Virus record (IMG/VR): IMGVR_UViG_3300036795_000133 | Location: 1-50,084 of that record | Strand: one strand, 5' to 3' | Source: a virus | DNA length: 50,084 bases | Shown here: positions 8,174 through 17,249 of the stretch, piece by piece | Layout: each line of letters begins with the position of its first letter | Position numbering within the stretch: position 1 is the first letter of the stretch | Made by a program: the position numbers and the translations under genes | The notes under the pieces: model-generated | The model's database searches: none | The model's input: only the letters and a program-made list of their open reading frames with translations | Told to the model about the DNA's origin: nothing

Positions 8174-8805
8174 CTGCGACGCCAGGGCAGGCGGCCGACT
8201 GGTGGGTATGCGACGGGCCCCTGCCGGCAGGCGGCCAGAAGATCACCGGACCGTTCGCGACGCAGGAGCTCGCGCTCACCGTCCGCGCCTACGTCGAGAA
8301 GGCCGAAGGGCGCACGGACCTGTGGGTGGACGACGAGCCCGCCGCGCAGGAGCCGCACGCGGCGCCCGAGCTGGGCGAGCATGAGCACGCTGAGTGGCCG
8401 CACTGGGCCGAAGGCGAGAGCTACGCGTTCAAGGCCGGGATGCGCGTCCGCACCGCCCCGTGCCCCGTCCCCCTCCATCACGGCGACCACTTCCAGGTCC
8501 GCGCCCCCGGATGGACCTGCGGGCTGGCCCTCGCCGCGACTCTCGTCAACGCCGGCGTCATCCCCGCGCCTGGCGACCCGCAGCCGCAGCCCGCACCCGC
8601 GCTGGCCGCCGCGATGGCCGCGCTCACCAGGGTCGCCGCCAGCCACGAGCGCGTGATGTACGCCGCGGCAATCGACATCAGGCACGGCCAGCCTGGTGCG
8701 GCGCGGCGCCTCCTGGGCGATCAGCTGGACGGCTGGGACGGCCCGGGGTGGGACGGCACCGAGACCGGCACCCAGTACCTCGAGCGGACGAGGGAGGGCG
8801 CATGA
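8170..8805 (+). CDS. Hypothetical protein
   Basis: ATGA coupling at 8170. Confidence 0.6.
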   Translation: MTATPGQAADWWVCDGPLPAGGQKITGPFATQELALTVRAYVEKAEGRTDLWVDDEPAAQEPHAAPELGEHEHAEWPHWAEGESYAFKAGMRVRTAPCPVPLHHGDHFQVRAPGWTCGLALAATLVNAGVIPAPGDPQPQPAPALAAAMAALTRVAASHERVMYAAAIDIRHGQPGAARRLLGDQLDGWDGPGWDGTETGTQYLERTREGA

Positions 8806-9287
8806 CTGCCGAGACGCCGACGCCGAAACTAGGCGAGCTCACCGTCGCGATCTGCGATATCGACGGCCACGCTCCCCATGCGGCCAGGGTCACCGTGGAC
8901 TACGGCTTGCAGGTCACGTCGTTCTGCCTGCCGCCAGAGCATGCCGCGTTCCTCGGTGACGCGCTCGCCTCCGATCGGCTGGCCGCAGTCACCGCCGAGC
9001 GTGACGCACTCCGCGAGCGCGCGGAGGCCTCTGAGGCTGCGAAGAGGGCAGCGAGGGGAGAGCTTGCCGCCCTTGAGGACAGGCTCTCCCGGGTGATCGC
9101 GGCGGCGGTCGTGGCCGAGCAGAAGAGGGCTGAGGCGGCGGACGCGAAGGTCGCGGAGGCCCGCGCTGGTATCGGCAACTTCCTCGCCGAGTACGGGGCC
9201 AGCGAGATCCCGATGTTCAAGGTCGCCCAGGACCTTGCCAACAGCCTCCGGAAGATCCTCGGCGGCGACGAGGAGGCGTCCCGGTGA
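8802..9287 (+). CDS. Hypothetical coiled-coil protein
   Basis: ATGA coupling; AERDALRERAEA heptads. Confidence 0.6.
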   Translation: MTAETPTPKLGELTVAICDIDGHAPHAARVTVDYGLQVTSFCLPPEHAAFLGDALASDRLAAVTAERDALRERAEASEAAKRAARGELAALEDRLSRVIAAAVVAEQKRAEAADAKVAEARAGIGNFLAEYGASEIPMFKVAQDLANSLRKILGGDEEASR

Positions 9288-9673
9288 TTGAGGTCGCGTC
9301 CGAAGACCGGGTGCTCACCCCCGCCGAGGCCGCCGCCGTACTCGGAGTCAAGGTCAAGGACTTGCACCAGATGGAGGCCAGAGGGCAGCTCAGGCCTATA
9401 CGCACGCTAGGGGGTCACCGACGCTACCGCGAGGACGCCGTAATCGCCCTCCGCGGCAAGCGTGACGGCATCAGGGCGGCCACCAACGGCGCGAGCTCAA
9501 GCGAGACGATGTCCTCCGGCCAGGTCGCCCTGGTGTTCCGTGTCAGCCGCAGGGTTGTCGTCCGGCGGGTGCGTGAGGAGAAGATCGCAGGCAAGTGGAC
9601 CGACGGGCACCGGCTGGAGATCCCCTCCGCTGAGGTCGCGAGGCTCCTGCAGGGCGACGGGAGCACGCCGTGA
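9284..9673 (+). CDS. BldC/MerR-like wHTH protein with two tandem domains
   Basis: LTPAEAAAVLGV...IRTLGGHRRYRE, then a second domain MSSGQVALVFRVSRRVV...AEVARLL. Confidence 0.8.
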   Translation: MIEVASEDRVLTPAEAAAVLGVKVKDLHQMEARGQLRPIRTLGGHRRYREDAVIALRGKRDGIRAATNGASSSETMSSGQVALVFRVSRRVVVRRVREEKIAGKWTDGHRLEIPSAEVARLLQGDGSTP

Positions 9674-9912
9674 GGGCCGCGCCCGATGTTGAGCTTCTAA
9701 CTACCGGCCAGGTCGCCGGGTTGTTCAAGGTCGATCCCAAGACTGTTACCCGCTGGGGTCACTCGGGGCGGCTGCTGACGATGCTGACCCTGGGCGGGCA
9801 GTTCCGGTTCTTTGCCGCCGAGGTTGAGGCCCTGCTTCGCGGTGAGACGCGGGAGAAGGCCCGGAAGCTCGGGCTGGCGGACAAGGCCAAGCTGGCAGGG
9901 GGCGCGCCGTGA
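9670..9912 (+). CDS. bldC: BldC-like transcriptional regulator
   Basis: PDVELLTTGQVAGLFKVDPKTVTRW...TLGG..RF..AEVEALL aligns over most of the length of Streptomyces BldC as recalled. Confidence 0.8.
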   Translation: MRAAPDVELLTTGQVAGLFKVDPKTVTRWGHSGRLLTMLTLGGQFRFFAAEVEALLRGETREKARKLGLADKAKLAGGAP

Positions 9913-10265
9913 CGGCATCCGACGCCCGTGAGGAGGTTGAGGCGCTCATCCGGAGGGCCGCCACGGTTCGCGACGGGTCCGGCAGGGTCCGCAGCGTGAT
10001 CGGCGAGGCTGAGATCAGCGCGGTCCTCGCCGCCGCCGACAGGTACAGGGACGCGCCGCCCGATGACGACGGGCGCACCGTGCACCTGGAGGGGCTCATG
10101 GGGGCTGACTCGGCGTGCAGGTACCGCTGGCAGGTACCGGGGCTGCTCGCGCTGACCGGGAACCCGGCGGCGGTGACGTGCACGCGGTGTTTCAAGTCCC
10201 GGCGGTACCGGGACATGACGGAACGGGGAAGTCATGGCCGGTCTCGTGCGCTTGACGCTGCCTAG
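9909..10265 (+). CDS. Hypothetical protein (C-terminal CxxC)
   Basis: GTGA coupling; VTCTRC. Confidence 0.55.
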   Translation: MTASDAREEVEALIRRAATVRDGSGRVRSVIGEAEISAVLAAADRYRDAPPDDDGRTVHLEGLMGADSACRYRWQVPGLLALTGNPAAVTCTRCFKSRRYRDMTERGSHGRSRALDAA

Positions 10266-10485
10266 CTTCGACTATGGCATGGCGGACATCTTCGCGAACG
10301 GGAAGCGGGTCGGGATCTGCCTGGACGAGGGCCGTGGAACCTGGCGCGCCTACTTGTACCCCGTCGCCACTGACCGGCGTATCCGCCCGGCAGGATGCGA
10401 GGAAGTCACGGGGCGGACGCTCGGCGAGTTGCGCCGGACACTGCGGAAGCGCGTTGCGGACGAGGGACTGTGGTGGAAAGGCTAA
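10234..10485 (+). CDS. Hypothetical protein
   Basis: ORF with purine-rich RBS; globular-looking sequence. Confidence 0.55.
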   Translation: MAGLVRLTLPSFDYGMADIFANGKRVGICLDEGRGTWRAYLYPVATDRRIRPAGCEEVTGRTLGELRRTLRKRVADEGLWWKG

Positions 10486-10709
10486 GGGGCCGCAGGGGCT
10501 TTCCCCTCGTGCCGCTCCCGGTAGTCAGGGTCACAGACCTGCCGTATGCGCTCGCGGGTGAGGCCGACGGCGGCCACGATGTCCGTCTGGCGCATCCCCT
10601 CGTCGTCTGCCTCCCAGACTGCGGCGAGCAGTGCGGCGTACGATCCTCGCTCGCGCTCCTTGTCGCGCTTATTCCGGCGCGCGAGCGTGCGCAGGGTGTC
10701 GGCATCCAT
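10482..10709 (-). CDS. Small antisense HTH DNA-binding protein
   Basis: GMRQTDIVAAVGLTRERIRQV HTH; TATTCT -10-like box 7 nt before ATG 10709 (leaderless). Confidence 0.7.
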   Translation of the reverse strand: MDADTLRTLARRNKRDKERERGSYAALLAAVWEADDEGMRQTDIVAAVGLTRERIRQVCDPDYRERHEGKAPAAP

Positions 10710-10775
10710 GACCTTGAGAATACGGTATGCCAACCCTCTTGCATAGCGCCAACCATATGTGCCAAGATAGTTTGC
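10710..10775. promoter_or_regulatory. Divergent leaderless promoters with GCCAA repeats
   Basis: TTGCAT-18nt-CAAGAT-7nt-ATG on +; TATTCT on -; GCCAA at 10729, 10748, 10761. Confidence 0.55.
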
Positions 10776-11027
10776 ATGAGCAACGCTACCGAAACCCCGC
10801 TAGAGCACCTCGACGAGACGATCCGTTTCGACGGCGCAGAGTGGATCGCCGAGGGCCCCCGCGGGGCGCTGTTCCTCGTCCGCTGGTTCAGCAAGCCGGG
10901 GAGCGTCGTGGTATACCGGGCGCCCGGCTTCAAGACGGTGCACCGGGGACGAGCGGAGTCGATCGGGGAGGCGCGGGCCGAGGCCCTCCGGATGGCCGGA
11001 CTGATCGCTGACGGGAAGAGGAACTGA
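10776..11027 (+). CDS. Hypothetical protein
   Basis: ATG 10776 directly downstream of the promoter. Confidence 0.6.
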   Translation: MSNATETPLEHLDETIRFDGAEWIAEGPRGALFLVRWFSKPGSVVVYRAPGFKTVHRGRAESIGEARAEALRMAGLIADGKRN

Positions 11028-11028
11028 C

Positions 11029-11382
11029 ATGGCTGGCGCCTACTGCAAGTTCTGCGGACACCGCTGCTTCGTGAACCGCGTCATCCCGGATGGCCCCATG
11101 CAGGGCTGGGCGGGGCACCTGGCCACCTGCCAGGGCGGCATGGCGCACGACCTTGAGATGACCGGGCACACGCACGAGACCGCGCTCAATCCCGTTACGC
11201 AAGCCGATGCCGTGGAGGCGCTGACCTGGGCGTGCGACTACTGCGGGCAGCAGCTTCGGACGGGCATGCCGGACGGCCGCGAGTTCGAGTGGGTGCATGC
11301 CAACGGCGGTACCCGGCGCTGTGCGGACGGCAGCGGCAACCGGGCCGCCTTCCAGGGCACTACCGGGCGGCGGTACGCGTGA
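11029..11382 (+). CDS. Hypothetical Zn-finger protein
   Basis: CKFC, CDYC, H...C. Confidence 0.6.
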   Translation: MAGAYCKFCGHRCFVNRVIPDGPMQGWAGHLATCQGGMAHDLEMTGHTHETALNPVTQADAVEALTWACDYCGQQLRTGMPDGREFEWVHANGGTRRCADGSGNRAAFQGTTGRRYA

Positions 11383-11732
11383 GCGAGGGGCAGGCGCACA
11401 TGACCTGGGACCGGCAGGCAGCACAGGCCGCGTGGAACGCCCGGCAGGACGAAGAGCGCGAGGTTGCCGCCCATCTCGCGGAATGGGCGCAGGCTGAGGG
11501 CATCGCAGAGGGAGACGTAGCCGCAGAGGTGGCGGACAGGCTCGCGGAGTCGCCTGCCATGCGCGGTCACGCCGCTGTCCTGTTCGCCACCGGGCACGCC
11601 CCGCAGGCGCTCCGGGATGCTGCCGCAGGGGTCGCCTGCATCGCCTCGCTGGAGCCGGGGGAGTTCGCGGCGGAGGAGCACTACCACGGCCACGGCGAGA
11701 AGCCGAGGCGGACGAGGAAGAGGGCGGCGTGA
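11379..11732 (+). CDS. Hypothetical protein (start 11379 or 11400)
   Basis: Coupled ORF, codon bias. Confidence 0.55.
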   Translation: MSEGQAHMTWDRQAAQAAWNARQDEEREVAAHLAEWAQAEGIAEGDVAAEVADRLAESPAMRGHAAVLFATGHAPQALRDAAAGVACIASLEPGEFAAEEHYHGHGEKPRRTRKRAA

Positions 11733-12208
11733 TGGCTGAGAAGTACGACCCGATCCCGGACCTGGCGGAGGTGCTCGCCTCGGTGCTCGCTGACCCGATC
11801 CGCGTAAACGTATACGCGGACAGGATCGCGGAGCGGCTCGGGCTGGGCGAGGACGACAGCGCCGAAGTGGCGGCGGAGGTGCTGCGGAAGGCGCTCGGCC
11901 TGAAGGCGTGCCTGTGCGGCATCAGCCCTGGCGCTCCCTCCGAGGTGATCCCGCTCGCCTGCCCGGTCCACGGCACCCCGTGCGGCGAATGCGGGGGACT
12001 GAAGGCTTGCAGGCCGAGGTGCGGCGACGGCTACGCCACGGTTGACAGCGGAACGGACTCGGCCGGCATGCCGTGGGCGATCGCGGCGGGCGACAGCGGC
12101 CTGATCGTCTCCGTCGGCTGCGAGGACGTGCTCCCCAAGGGCAGCGAGCGGGACCGCTTCGCCGAGGCCGTCGCCCGAGCGGTGACACCAGGGCAGGTGA
12201 CCCCGTGA
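11729..12208 (+). CDS. Hypothetical Cys-rich protein
   Basis: CLC...CPVHG..CGEC; coupling. Confidence 0.6.
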   Translation: MMAEKYDPIPDLAEVLASVLADPIRVNVYADRIAERLGLGEDDSAEVAAEVLRKALGLKACLCGISPGAPSEVIPLACPVHGTPCGECGGLKACRPRCGDGYATVDSGTDSAGMPWAIAAGDSGLIVSVGCEDVLPKGSERDRFAEAVARAVTPGQVTP

Positions 12209-12459
12209 GCGCGTTCGAGTTCCGCAGGGTCGAACTGACCTGCAATTACCGCGACCCCTACTGCCACCAGCACTTCCAGGGCAAGGAGGGCATCCCCCCC
12301 ACCTCCGGCGAGACCCGCGCCGCCGTCCGCAAGCGGGCCGCGAAGGCGGGATGGACACACGAGCGCAGCAGGCTCGGGCGCCCGTACGACAAAGACTACT
12401 GCCCGGACCACAAGCCCGCCGAGGCGGCACTGGCCGCAAGGACGGAGGGGGGGCGGTGA
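12205..12459 (+). CDS. Hypothetical Zn-binding protein
   Basis: C...C...AKAGW...DYCPDH pattern. Confidence 0.65.
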   Translation: MSAFEFRRVELTCNYRDPYCHQHFQGKEGIPPTSGETRAAVRKRAAKAGWTHERSRLGRPYDKDYCPDHKPAEAALAARTEGGR

Positions 12460-12716
12460 CCGACTACCCGAACCGTGAGCACCAGAGGGAAGACGAGACC
12501 GCCCGGCAGCAGGCGATAGCCGGCCTTCAGGACATCATCAACGACGCCAAGACCCTGCAGCGCAGGCTCGCAAACGGCACCTACACGGACGTGAGCGACG
12601 CTCAGACGCTTGTTGCCAAGGCTGTTGAAGTCACCCGCCGGCTTGCCGTCCTTGACACCCTCGGCCACGTCCGCGAGTGGCACGCGGCAGACAGCAAGGA
12701 GGCGGGCGATGGGTGA
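12456..12716 (+). CDS. Hypothetical helical protein
   Basis: GTGA coupling. Confidence 0.6.
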   Translation: MTDYPNREHQREDETARQQAIAGLQDIINDAKTLQRRLANGTYTDVSDAQTLVAKAVEVTRRLAVLDTLGHVREWHAADSKEAGDG

Positions 12717-12903
12717 CGGCATCAAGCGGGCACGCGCCGCCGCGAAGTCGATAAGGCGCGGGGCGGGAACCTGCCCCGTCTGCCGCAGGGTGCTGACTAC
12801 CCGGACGGACGGGATGCTGATGCCCCACGGGCCGCGCAACAAGCGGTGCGCGGGCTCGGGCGGCTTCCCTGCAGGCGCGAAGCGGAAGGACGGAGGGACA
12901 TGA
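12709..12903 (+). CDS. Hypothetical Zn-ribbon protein
   Basis: CPVC...H...CAGSG; AAGGAGG RBS. Confidence 0.65.
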   Translation: MGDGIKRARAAAKSIRRGAGTCPVCRRVLTTRTDGMLMPHGPRNKRCAGSGGFPAGAKRKDGGT

Positions 12904-13088
12904 TGACTCTCGACGAGGCCCGCGACCACATCGGCGAGGCTGTGGCCTACCACCCGGCCGGCGGCGAGCCGGAGCACGGGACGATCGCCGCAGCGAGCAC
13001 GGTCTACGTCTTCGTCCAGTACCCCGGTGTCCGGGGCACCATGGCGACATACCCGGAAGATCTCACGCTGACGGCGGCCCGCCGGTGA
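12900..13088 (+). CDS. Hypothetical SH3-like small protein
   Basis: IGEAVAY...EHGTI...YVFVQY...ATYPEDL. Confidence 0.6.
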   Translation: MMTLDEARDHIGEAVAYHPAGGEPEHGTIAAASTVYVFVQYPGVRGTMATYPEDLTLTAARR

Positions 13089-13330
13089 TTGGCGAGCAGG
13101 CCGGGCGGGCGCTGGACCTGATCTCGGGCATTGAGACCTGCAAGGCGGTAGACCCCGGCTTCTGGCAGGGCGTCGCCACCCGCATCGTCATGGACTTGGA
13201 CGAGCGCGGCGAACAGGAGAACGTCCGGGTGATCGCGGACATGCTCGCGGACGTGTGGAACCGGCTTGAGGACAAGCGCGAGGCTGCCCTGGCGGACCGG
13301 ATGCGGGCACAGGCGGAGGCAGCAGGGTGA
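13085..13330 (+). CDS. Hypothetical protein
   Basis: Coupled ORF. Confidence 0.55.
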   Translation: MIGEQAGRALDLISGIETCKAVDPGFWQGVATRIVMDLDERGEQENVRVIADMLADVWNRLEDKREAALADRMRAQAEAAG

Positions 13331-13635
13331 GCGCAGACGAGTGGGCCGATGCCAACCCCAACCCGATGCTCGGCACCGGGGCGGACGTAGCAGACGGGCG
13401 TAACAGACAAGCAGACGGAGGACAGCAGATGCAGCAGTACAAGAAGGGTGACGTCATCGAGCACCGCCTCATGCCGGGCTTCACGATGACCGTGCTGGAC
13501 ACGCGCGAGTGCGAGACCGACGCGAATCGCTCGGAGCCGCACAGTGCTTACCAGGTGACCGACCCCGAGGGCAACGCCGACTGGCTGTGCGCAATGGACG
13601 TGCAGCGGCCCGGAGAAGGGCGGGCGTGGTCATGA
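13327..13635 (+). CDS. Hypothetical protein (alternative start 13429)
   Basis: Coupled ORF; GGAGG before ATG 13429. Confidence 0.55.
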   Translation: MSADEWADANPNPMLGTGADVADGRNRQADGGQQMQQYKKGDVIEHRLMPGFTMTVLDTRECETDANRSEPHSAYQVTDPEGNADWLCAMDVQRPGEGRAWS

Positions 13636-14021
13636 CAACAGAACCCGCGACCGGGTGCGGCGAGCAGGCCGGCCAGTTCAAACTGATCGAGGTAGACCGC
13701 ATGACCGGCTGGGAGCGGTACCTCGACAACATGCAGGCCGATCCCTGGTCCGGGACGTTCACCCGCGAGCAAGCCGAGGCGTCCGTCAAGTGGCGCGAGG
13801 AGCACATTGTCGGTCGCTACGGCTACCGGATCGTCCCCGTGGAGCCGCACATGACCGACAACGACGCGGCCCGCGAGCGGCACGACGGCCGCCACGGCTC
13901 GTTCCGGATGGAGGACTGCGGTGACGTCGACTGCCACGCGGCCACGATGCGCCTGCTCGCAGGGCAGCACAACCGCCGCTCCTCCCGGCGCGACCGGAAA
14001 GACAGGAAGGAAGCGCGGTGA
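13632..14021 (+). CDS. Hypothetical protein
   Basis: ATGA coupling. Confidence 0.55.
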   Translation: MTTEPATGCGEQAGQFKLIEVDRMTGWERYLDNMQADPWSGTFTREQAEASVKWREEHIVGRYGYRIVPVEPHMTDNDAARERHDGRHGSFRMEDCGDVDCHAATMRLLAGQHNRRSSRRDRKDRKEAR

Positions 14022-14383
14022 ACGCAGCGCTCCTGCGGGCCGTCCTGACCCACGCCGAGGACCACCCGGACCTGCTCGACAACACCGTCTACGGGGAGGC
14101 GCGCCCCTCCGGTGACATAGCTGCCGATATCCCTGGCCGGGCACTGCTGGAGTCAGGCTGGACGCTTACAGCGGACAATACGTTCCGCTCCCCGGACGGA
14201 GACCGCGAGATTCACGGTTTCGCCGGCATTGAGCGGGAGGCTCAGGCGGCGCTAGGACTCTCGGACGACGAGCTGTGGAACCACGGCGACTTCGATTCCC
14301 TCTTCACGCTTCCCGAGTTCGAGGCCGTAGCGCGCCTCCGCGATCTGACTGAGCAGGCGGAGGCGGCGACCGCGAATGCCTGA
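14018..14383 (+). CDS. Hypothetical protein
   Basis: GTGA coupling. Confidence 0.6.
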   Translation: MNAALLRAVLTHAEDHPDLLDNTVYGEARPSGDIAADIPGRALLESGWTLTADNTFRSPDGDREIHGFAGIEREAQAALGLSDDELWNHGDFDSLFTLPEFEAVARLRDLTEQAEAATANA

Positions 14384-14678
14384 GTTCAAGTCGCTGGCCG
14401 CCGACGGCCTGACATTTAGCGACGCCATCACCTGTGACGCCTTCGCGAGGTCCGAGGAAGACGGTTTGTGGGACAAGTGCGTCAGGCCCTCCCGCTACGT
14501 CGTGGAGCGCTCCGACGGCGACAGGTCCTTCGGCGCTGGCGGCGGCACCGAGGAGTCCTGCGAGGAGCACCTTGTCGAAACCGTGGCGGGGATGGTCGAC
14601 GGGGACGAGCAGGTTCGCGCTGTCGTCACGATCCGGTGGACCGGGCCCGAGGTCGAGGCGGTGACCGGGGATGGCTGA
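14376..14678 (+). CDS. Hypothetical protein
   Basis: GGAGG RBS; overlap. Confidence 0.55.
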   Translation: MPEFKSLAADGLTFSDAITCDAFARSEEDGLWDKCVRPSRYVVERSDGDRSFGAGGGTEESCEEHLVETVAGMVDGDEQVRAVVTIRWTGPEVEAVTGDG

Positions 14679-14883
14679 CGATCCGTTGAGCCTGCTTGCG
14701 ATGATGGCGCCTCCCGGAGGTCACCTTCACCCGGACTACGTAGACGCCCTTGAGGCGTACGTCGCGGCCGACAAGGACCGCGAGAAAGCGGAGCGGGCGC
14801 TTGAAAGAGCCGATCGGCTTGCACGGCAGCGCGAGGCTGAACTGCGGGCGGTATACGAGCGATTGACGGAAGTGGAGGGTTGA
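14671..14883 (+). CDS. Hypothetical coiled-coil protein
   Basis: Overlap coupling. Confidence 0.55.
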   Translation: MADDPLSLLAMMAPPGGHLHPDYVDALEAYVAADKDREKAERALERADRLARQREAELRAVYERLTEVEG

Positions 14884-15452
14884 CCGTGGCTGACAACCCC
14901 GCGTCCGCCGCCCTGGCGGAGATCAGGGAGCGCGAGCAGGCCGCCACGCGCGGGCCGTGGTGGTTCGACGAGGACGACCTGATGTGGCGCCTGCACGGCG
15001 TTCACGCGGTCATGCCGCCGTTCATGGAGGGTTTCCCCGAGCAGGTACTCAACCACCAGATCCTCAAGGCGCCGAAGCAGGGCACGCCGTACGCGGAGTA
15101 CTGGCCCGCCCCGGCGGACGCCGCGTTCATCGTCGCGGCGAGGACTGACGTTCCCCGGCTCCTGAAGGCCCTTGAGAAAGCCCTGAGCTTCCACCAGCCC
15201 TGCCAGCTTCACGAGCTGGCATTCAATCCGAACGGCACTCCCCGCTGCGGCCACGACCCCGACACTGACCCTGACGCGCACTACGAGGGCGATGACGGGG
15301 AGTGGTACTGCGAGAGCCTGCCGGACGGCGTTGCGTGCTCGGGGTGCCCTGAGAGCCCTGACGGGGAGTACTCGGACTGGCCGTGCGACGAGTACAAGGC
15401 GATCCTGGCGGCGCTAACCGGAAAGGAGGTTTCCGTTGCCGAGGCTAACTGA
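14880..15452 (+). CDS. Ead/Ea22-like protein with C-terminal Cys cluster
   Basis: LAEIRER.QAATRGPW...ADAAFIVAARTDVPRLL. Confidence 0.65.
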   Translation: MTVADNPASAALAEIREREQAATRGPWWFDEDDLMWRLHGVHAVMPPFMEGFPEQVLNHQILKAPKQGTPYAEYWPAPADAAFIVAARTDVPRLLKALEKALSFHQPCQLHELAFNPNGTPRCGHDPDTDPDAHYEGDDGEWYCESLPDGVACSGCPESPDGEYSDWPCDEYKAILAALTGKEVSVAEAN

Positions 15453-15669
15453 TGAACTTGAGGCGCTGGAGTACGACCTGGCCAAGTACCCGGGCACAGA
15501 CGAGAACGCGCACCTCAACCGGCGCCTGATCCTGCGGCAGGCACTCCAGTCATGGGGGGATAACCGTTACGCCGAGGGACTGGCCGACGGGCGCAGGGAC
15601 GTGCACGATGCACGTCACCTGGCGAGGGACGCGGGGGAGAAGGCAAAGGAGGCGGACAGTGACCGATGA
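15436..15669 (+). CDS. Hypothetical protein
   Basis: AAAGGAGG RBS. Confidence 0.55.
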   Translation: MPRLTDELEALEYDLAKYPGTDENAHLNRRLILRQALQSWGDNRYAEGLADGRRDVHDARHLARDAGEKAKEADSDR

Positions 15670-15931
15670 CGGCAAGATCCTCAGTAACGGCAAGATCCTG
15701 ATTCAATTCCCCGGCAGCGGCGTCGTGGTTGACTACGCAAGCCAGCGCGAGCGCGACCAGTCGCTCCTCCTCGCGCAGTCCCGCCAGCGGATCGCGGAGC
15801 GCACCGGCTACATCCCGTCCTGGGACGAGCTTGGCGAAGACGACCAGGAGACGGCTGTCCTCGAGGCGCGTAACTGGCTCCGCGCGGCAGTCGAGTGCGG
15901 GCTGATCGGGGATGGTGACGGTGACGGCTGA
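15659..15931 (+). CDS. Hypothetical protein
   Basis: AAAGGAGG RBS; PSWDELGEDDQE...EARNWL. Confidence 0.55.
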   Translation: MTDDGKILSNGKILIQFPGSGVVVDYASQRERDQSLLLAQSRQRIAERTGYIPSWDELGEDDQETAVLEARNWLRAAVECGLIGDGDGDG

Positions 15932-16241
15932 GACCCTGCTGCCCGCACCCGTTCCGGTGACGGTCCAGCGCTTCCAGTGCCCGTTCTGCGGGCGGCGGCG
16001 CTCGGCGAAGAAGGCGACTGCCGGCCACATCGAGCGCTGCTGGCTCAACCCCGCCGCGAGAGCATGCAAGACGTGCGCCCACTTCACTGACGAGCCTGGT
16101 GGCAATCCCTGCTTCCCCGGTGAGCCTTGCGACTGCAACAGCGGCTACCGGCAGTGCGAGGCGGGAGTCAGGGACGTGGCAGACGGCCGGATCATGTCAG
16201 GCTGCCCGTTGTGGCAGGCGAGGGAGGTTTCCCGTGTCTGA
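15912..16241 (+). CDS. Hypothetical Cys-rich Zn-finger protein
   Basis: FQCPFC...HIERCW..P....CKTC. Confidence 0.65.
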   Translation: MVTVTAETLLPAPVPVTVQRFQCPFCGRRRSAKKATAGHIERCWLNPAARACKTCAHFTDEPGGNPCFPGEPCDCNSGYRQCEAGVRDVADGRIMSGCPLWQAREVSRV

Positions 16242-16716
16242 CCTGAGGGCCCTTACCGTGCGCCAGCCGTGGAGCCACATGATCGCCCACTGCGGCAAGA
16301 ACGTTGAGAACCGCGGCCGTCAGACTCGCTACCGCGGGCTCCTGGCTGTTCACGCGGGGGCCCGCTCCCGGTGGGACAGCAGCGGAGAACAGTCGCCGCT
16401 CGTACGGGAGGCGTGGCGCGAGTACGGCCACCTCGCCGCCCACCTGGACCGTGACTCGCCGTGGATCGACTTCGGGGCCGTCATTGCCGTGGCGGACCTC
16501 TACGGCTGCCACGAGTGGCCCGACGCTGGCTCGTGCAACGGCCGAGGCCGCCCGCCGTGCTCCCCGTGGGCATCCCTGGACCAGTGGCACTGGCAGCTTC
16601 GGAACGTGCGCCGAATCAAGCCTGTTCCCTGCCGCGGCGCGCTCGGCCTGTGGCGGCTCCCCGAAGACGTAGAGAAAGCAGTACGGGCGCAACTGGAGGG
16701 GGTGGACGATGCCTGA
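16234..16716 (+). CDS. ASCH domain protein
   Basis: ALTVRQPW...GKNVENR...YRGLLAVHAG...RGALGLW. Confidence 0.88.
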   Translation: MSDLRALTVRQPWSHMIAHCGKNVENRGRQTRYRGLLAVHAGARSRWDSSGEQSPLVREAWREYGHLAAHLDRDSPWIDFGAVIAVADLYGCHEWPDAGSCNGRGRPPCSPWASLDQWHWQLRNVRRIKPVPCRGALGLWRLPEDVEKAVRAQLEGVDDA

Positions 16717-16957
16717 GGACGGCGTCACGCTGGTGACCGTCATTACCGCACCGGACCGCAAGCCCGGTACAGCAGCGCACTCGCAGTCATGGCGCATTCC
16801 CACAAGCCTGGCAGGTGCGTTCGCCGAAGAGATGACCAAGAAGTTCGGGATGCCCATTGAAGGGCTGAGCACCATTAAGTCGATGCAGGACCGCGCTGAG
16901 CGTAACGCGGCGGACGGCTACCTGTTCACCGATCCGGAGGAGGCGGACGATGCCTGA
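16709..16957 (+). CDS. Hypothetical protein
   Basis: GGAGG RBS; overlap. Confidence 0.55.
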   Translation: MPEDGVTLVTVITAPDRKPGTAAHSQSWRIPTSLAGAFAEEMTKKFGMPIEGLSTIKSMQDRAERNAADGYLFTDPEEADDA

Positions 16958-17249
16958 GCAGGCGAACGACGGCCGCTTCCCCGATGAGTCGGATGTCCTT
17001 GTCCGCTACATCGCCCAGTCGTCGTGGAAGACAGTGCCCCGCGATCAGTGGCCCTGGCTACCTGGCGTGATCGAGAACCAGTGCGGCCCCGACGAGTGGC
17101 TGGTAACTGTTTACGACCGCGGCCTCGCCATGCTTGAGGACGGTTCCCCGGCACCGGACGGCACGCCGGATGAGGACATGTTCTTCCCTCAGTGCTTCCG
17201 CGACAGTTCCGAACTCAAACTCGCACCAGGGGAGGGCGGCCATGCCTGA
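16950..17249 (+). CDS. Hypothetical protein
   Basis: GGAGG RBS; overlap. Confidence 0.6.
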   Translation: MPEQANDGRFPDESDVLVRYIAQSSWKTVPRDQWPWLPGVIENQCGPDEWLVTVYDRGLAMLEDGSPAPDGTPDEDMFFPQCFRDSSELKLAPGEGGHA

